Shown in pieces: positions 27,859 through 31,471 of a stretch of 31,471 nt of DNA. Position numbers and translations under genes: made by a program. The stretch comes from Thermoanaerobaculia bacterium. GTDB lineage: Bacteria; Acidobacteriota; Thermoanaerobaculia; Multivoradales; UBA5704. Within the stretch, counting starts at the first letter, position 1. Each line of letters opens with the position of its first letter. The notes under the pieces were generated by a model, which ran no database searches, had not been told where the DNA came from, and saw only the letters and a list, made by a program, of their open reading frames with translations. Where the stretch lies: NCBI GenBank assembly GCA_044226625.1, contig JBGAGQ010000071.1:1-31471 (forward strand), in the 5' to 3' direction.

Positions 27859-30050
27859 AGCCGGCCCGGCCGCACCGGCCCCCGGAGCGCGACCCGAGCT
27901 CAGATGGGGCTCGACCGGCACGACCGATCGGCGTCCTGGCTCTCCTCGCGAGCGTAATCCTGGCGCCTTTGTTCGCTTGCGCACCCGAGGAACCCGCTCT
28001 GCGCGGGGGAGCGCTGATCGCCCGGCGCGCCGCGGGGGCGCCCCAAACGATCCAGATCTTGACCGCGGGCAAGAGAACCAAGTTCCAGGTCGCCGAGCAC
28101 AACCGCATTCGTCTCGGAACGAGCGACCGGGAGGCCGTGCTGACCCTTCCCGGCGTCACCTGGGAGCTCCCCCTCGGAAGCGACGCCCGCCGCCTGTCGA
28201 TCGCGGTCGGTACCATCACCGATCCGCGGGCCGACTGGACGAGCCAGGCGCGCGTCGAGTTGGTCGACGGAGCGACGTCCGCCTCGCTCCTCGAAGTTTC
28301 CCCCGCAAACGGTTGGAAGAGCTATCGGCTGGTCGTCCCGGAAGGGGGGCGCTCCCGGCGCCTCGTGCTTTCGAGCGAAGGGGAGTCTCCGGTCGCCTGG
28401 GCCGAGCTCTTCGATGACCGGCCCGACGCGGCGGCCACCCAGCGACCCAATCTAGTCCTGACGATCATCGACACTGTGCGCGCCGACCACCTCTCGGCGT
28501 ACGGCTATCGCCGCCCGACCAGCCCAAACCTGGCGCGCCTCGCCTCTCATGCGCTCCTGTTCCGCAACGCGTATTCGGCGTCGACCTGGACGCTCCCGTC
28601 GACCTCCAGCCTGCTCACCGGTCTCTACCCCGATCAACACGGGGTTCGGAACTTGCCGGACGTCCTCCCGCCGGAGGCGCACACGCTGGCCGAACGGCTG
28701 CGCGAGCTCGGTTACCGGACCGCCGCCTTCACCGACGGCGGTTTCGTCGATCCGCAATGGGGATTCGCCCAGGGGTTCGACCGCTACGACTCGACCCGCG
28801 GCCAGGCCTGGAACCCTAAGGACGTCCGCCGGGTGGTCGAGCCGGCCACCCGCTGGCTCAAGGAGCGATCGGAGGAGGCGAGGGCCGGCCCGACGGCTCC
28901 CTTTTTCCTGCTCCTCCACACTTACGAGGCGCATCAGCCCTATCTCAACCGGGAGGGATTCGCCGACCCGTTCTTGCCGCCCGGACCGAAACCACCGGAC
29001 GAGACCTACTGGATCCGCTTCCCCGCACGCCTCGAAGGCACCGAGCTCGCCCGGGCGACCGCGCTCTACGACGGCGAGATCCGGCGCGCGGACCGCTACC
29101 TCAGCGGGATCTGGCGCGCCCTTTCGAAGAAGGAGCTCGCCTCCCGCACGGCACTCCTGGTGACCGCGGACCACGGCGAGGAGCTGATGGACCACGGCAA
29201 CATGGAGCACGGCCTGGGCAAGCTCTACGACGAGAACATCCACGTCCCGTTGATCCTCAAGCTACCGGACGGTTCCCGAGGCAAGGTGACGAGCCCCGTC
29301 TCGGGCGTCGACGTCGTGCCGACGTTCCTCGATCTCGCCGGGGCGCCGCGCTCGGAAATCGAGGCACTTCCCGGCCGTTCCCTCTTGCGGCTCGCGGCCG
29401 ACCCCGACACGCGTGAGGAACCGCGAGAGATCTTCGCCGAGGGACTCAACTCCTTCCATCAGCTCCACGAGCGGCGGTATCGCCTCGACCGGGGCGAGAC
29501 GACCCTCGTGCTGGACGCCGTGCGGCGTCGCGCGCAGATCTTCGACCGAGCCCGCGACGCGGCGATGCGCAAGCCGCGCCCCGCGGCCGCCCGCGACGTG
29601 CGCGAGGTCGAGCGGCTGCAGACCATGCTGGCGTGGCTCGGCGGCCCTCGATCGATCCGTCTGCCGAACGATCTCACCGCCCTCGCCGTCCCTCGCGCTT
29701 CGCGGGTCGTCCCCGTGGCGGTTTGGGACGGCCTCGACGAACGGCAGCCCAGGCGCCAGGGCGAAAGCGTACCGCTCACGCCCGGGCGTCCCCATGCGCT
29801 TTCCTTCGTTCTCGCGTCGGGCAACGGCGAGATCTCGCTGCGTCTCTTTCGCCACGGGGAGGAACGTCCCGAGCTCGTCCGCCTCCAAGCCCCGGGAGCG
29901 GCCCCGAGCCGCCCGCCCTTCCTCGGCCCGCTCCCCGCCTTCGCCCAGATCCTCACTGGCTTCCGCCTGAAAACCAACGAAGAATCGAGCTTCGAAGACC
30001 TCGACGAGGAAGGCCGTGCAGAGCTCAGAGCGCTCGGGTATCTGCGGTAG
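27855..30050 (+). CDS. Sulfatase-like (alkaline phosphatase superfamily) lipoprotein
   Basis: PNLVLTIIDTVRADH, STWTLPSTSSLLTG, HTYEAHQPY, YDGEI, TADHGE, HVPLI, C-terminal LRALGY; lipobox LFAC; GTG 27855 overlaps the upstream stop (GTGA). Confidence 0.88.
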   Translation: MKPARPHRPPERDPSSDGARPARPIGVLALLASVILAPLFACAPEEPALRGGALIARRAAGAPQTIQILTAGKRTKFQVAEHNRIRLGTSDREAVLTLPGVTWELPLGSDARRLSIAVGTITDPRADWTSQARVELVDGATSASLLEVSPANGWKSYRLVVPEGGRSRRLVLSSEGESPVAWAELFDDRPDAAATQRPNLVLTIIDTVRADHLSAYGYRRPTSPNLARLASHALLFRNAYSASTWTLPSTSSLLTGLYPDQHGVRNLPDVLPPEAHTLAERLRELGYRTAAFTDGGFVDPQWGFAQGFDRYDSTRGQAWNPKDVRRVVEPATRWLKERSEEARAGPTAPFFLLLHTYEAHQPYLNREGFADPFLPPGPKPPDETYWIRFPARLEGTELARATALYDGEIRRADRYLSGIWRALSKKELASRTALLVTADHGEELMDHGNMEHGLGKLYDENIHVPLILKLPDGSRGKVTSPVSGVDVVPTFLDLAGAPRSEIEALPGRSLLRLAADPDTREEPREIFAEGLNSFHQLHERRYRLDRGETTLVLDAVRRRAQIFDRARDAAMRKPRPAAARDVREVERLQTMLAWLGGPRSIRLPNDLTALAVPRASRVVPVAVWDGLDERQPRRQGESVPLTPGRPHALSFVLASGNGEISLRLFRHGEERPELVRLQAPGAAPSRPPFLGPLPAFAQILTGFRLKTNEESSFEDLDEEGRAELRALGYLR

Positions 30051-30106
30051 GGGCGGGGACACGGGCATCGACGGCCGATCCCAGGTACGCGGCTACAGAA
30101 AGATGC

Positions 30107-30778
30107 CTACGGGTCGAAGAGCAAACTCTCGCCAAGGGCGGTCAGCTCGGCGATGAAACGGTCGACCGGCGGAGGATCGATCCATCGGACGAGCCGCCAA
30201 TCGGCAGCGGTCACTGAACAGAGTCGGCTCGCTACCTCCGGCGGAAAGACTCCCGCCGCTTTGCCCGAGGCGCCTTCGATCGCACCTCGGATCGACAAGC
30301 CAAAGCGGCAACAGAGGCCCCAGATGTCCGCGAGATCCTTCGGCTCCTCCCGATCGAGAACCGCGGTGATCTTGTTCGCGAGGAGGTTTTCGGCGCTATC
30401 TAGACGTCCGAGAACCGGATCGATTTTCAGCTCTCCGACATGCGACGGTACATCGTTGATCAGCTCGATCTTGAGCGAAAGATCGTCTTCCGTTTCGATC
30501 CAGAGCCGTGTGAACCTGGGATCTCGCACCACGAATCGTACCCGCCACCCTTCCCGGGCCGTCCACGCCGAGGCCGCCCGGTCCACCCACAGCGAAAAGT
30601 CCCGGGAGTCGTTGGTGAAAAGATCGAGATCGTCCGAAAAGCGGTGCTGTAGATAACCGCGAGAAACGGCAGTCCCCCCTGAAAGATAGAGGCCGGTATC
30701 GACCTCTGAGAGGATCTTGAGCACCTCGTCCTGCAGCGGGTAGAGGCTGTGGAAATAGAATTCGCTATTCGGGGCCAT
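30107..30778 (-). CDS. AbiEii/AbiGii-family (DUF1814-like) nucleotidyltransferase toxin
   Basis: LYLSGGTAV..GYLQHRFSDDLDLF (GGT plus RxSxDLD), and NKITAVLDREEPKDLADI. Confidence 0.88.
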   Translation of the reverse strand: MAPNSEFYFHSLYPLQDEVLKILSEVDTGLYLSGGTAVSRGYLQHRFSDDLDLFTNDSRDFSLWVDRAASAWTAREGWRVRFVVRDPRFTRLWIETEDDLSLKIELINDVPSHVGELKIDPVLGRLDSAENLLANKITAVLDREEPKDLADIWGLCCRFGLSIRGAIEGASGKAAGVFPPEVASRLCSVTAADWRLVRWIDPPPVDRFIAELTALGESLLFDP

Positions 30779-31076
30779 CTGGACCGTTTCTCGGCGCCAT
30801 CAGGAGCTCCGGGCGATGGGCCGGAAGCCAGCTCACCAGAAAATCAAATCCTCGGCGACGGCTTTCGGAGCGTACCTTCTCGCGCCAGGCGGGCCATCCA
30901 GAAACGATCTCAGCGAACGACAGATACTTAAGGATTTCCGAATAACTGGCATATTCGAGCAGGCGTACGGCGGCCCAAGTCCGATCGAGGCGCCCAACCC
31001 GGCGACGCCCCGAGAGCAACTCCCTAAATGCCTGTTCGTCGAGATCGTAGTCCCAAACGAAAGCAGCGCCTGCCAT
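30765..31076 (-). CDS. Small helical protein, putative antitoxin or partner of the AbiEii-type toxin
   Basis: SD GGGAGG, own extended -10, 14-bp overlap with the toxin gene; 'WDYD ... RLLEY' pattern that I associate with small genes upstream of AbiEii-like NTases. Confidence 0.75.
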   Translation of the reverse strand: MAGAAFVWDYDLDEQAFRELLSGRRRVGRLDRTWAAVRLLEYASYSEILKYLSFAEIVSGWPAWREKVRSESRRRGFDFLVSWLPAHRPELLMAPRNGPDGPE

Positions 31077-31101
31077 TGTCTGCCTCCCAACTTAGCTTTT
31101 C

Positions 31102-31110
31102 AGTCTAGCA
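31102..31110 (-). promoter_or_regulatory. Putative extended -10 promoter (TGcTAGACT) for the two-gene AbiEii module
   Basis: 25 nt upstream of ATG 31076, followed by SD GGGAGG. Confidence 0.5.
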
Positions 31111-31253
31111 GCGCCTCGAAGAAACCAGCGGTCGACTCCCTGGAAGACTACCCTTGACTCCAGCCTAAGCCGCCTGGAATCCCCTCCGCCTTCAAACGGT
31201 TAGACTTCTGCGTCACCCGAAGCGTTTCGATCGCTTTGCCCGAGGAGCTTCCC

Positions 31254-31471
31254 TTGATCCCCAAGACACCTCTCGCCCTGCTCCGTGCGGTGGGCGCGGC
31301 CTCGATCGCCTGCTCGTTCGCCGTTTCAATCGTTTCCCTGCAGGCCTGCTCGGGCGACGGCCGGACCCCTCTCGTCCTCTACTCCCCGCACGGCCGCGAT
31401 CTCTTGTCTCTTATGGAGAAGCGCTACGAGGAGCTCCATCCCAAGATCGACGTCCGCTGGCTCGACATGGG
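31254..31471 (+). CDS. ABC transporter extracellular solute-binding lipoprotein (Fe3+/AfuA-like clade), 3'-truncated by window edge
   Basis: Not in the ORF track. Manual translation from TTG 31254 (SD GAGGAG): MIPKTPLALLRAVGAASIACSFAVSIVSLQAC-SGDGRTPLVLYSPHGRDLLSLMEKRYEELHPKIDVRWLDM; lipobox LQAC and a typical SBP start 'LVLYS...YEELHP.IDV'. Confidence 0.8.
   Translation, partial: MIPKTPLALLRAVGAASIACSFAVSIVSLQACSGDGRTPLVLYSPHGRDLLSLMEKRYEELHPKIDVRWLDM

Noticed and set aside
23160-30050. Radical SAM as an anaerobic sulfatase-maturating enzyme for the downstream sulfatase-like protein
   Set aside because: anSMEs have an N-terminal rSAM core with a C-terminal SPASM domain, the reverse of this protein, and the target has no (C/S)xPxR motif.
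30051-31253. AbiEii module as part of a mobile element
   Set aside because: No transposase or integrase, terminal inverted repeat, target-site duplication or tRNA att site is visible.

Overview
High-GC bacterial chromosomal window. It is a diderm: lpxH, bamD, cpoB and an Oar-like TonB-dependent receptor are present. The gene set and protein style suggest Acidobacteriota (Thermoanaerobaculia-like), which is an inference. About 27 real CDSs are supported, mostly housekeeping or envelope genes. In order: partial queD; a split MacAB/LolCDE-type ABC exporter (adaptor, ATPase, two permeases); gltA; a TonB-dependent receptor; mrp-lpxH; a minus-strand block (PASTA protein-rpe-bamD-cpoB, then a TsaP-like LysM protein-tmk-holB); nfo; an S10 carboxypeptidase; and lon. 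The last third looks more accessory. It holds an N-terminal twitch-domain radical SAM protein, an exported NTF2/DUF4440 protein, and a PIG-L/LmbE deacetylase translationally coupled to a Thr-nucleophile sulfatase-like lipoprotein. It ends with an AbiEii-type nucleotidyltransferase plus a small non-AbiEi partner, and a partial solute-binding lipoprotein. I found no rRNA, tRNA, CRISPR array or mobile element. The best candidates for under-described biology are the AbiEii/small-partner module, the twitch-rSAM, the deacetylase/sulfatase-like pair, a duplicated bipartite motif upstream of lon, and several near-leaderless promoters. None can be shown to be novel from sequence alone. All family assignments come from motif recognition by eye, not from database searches.
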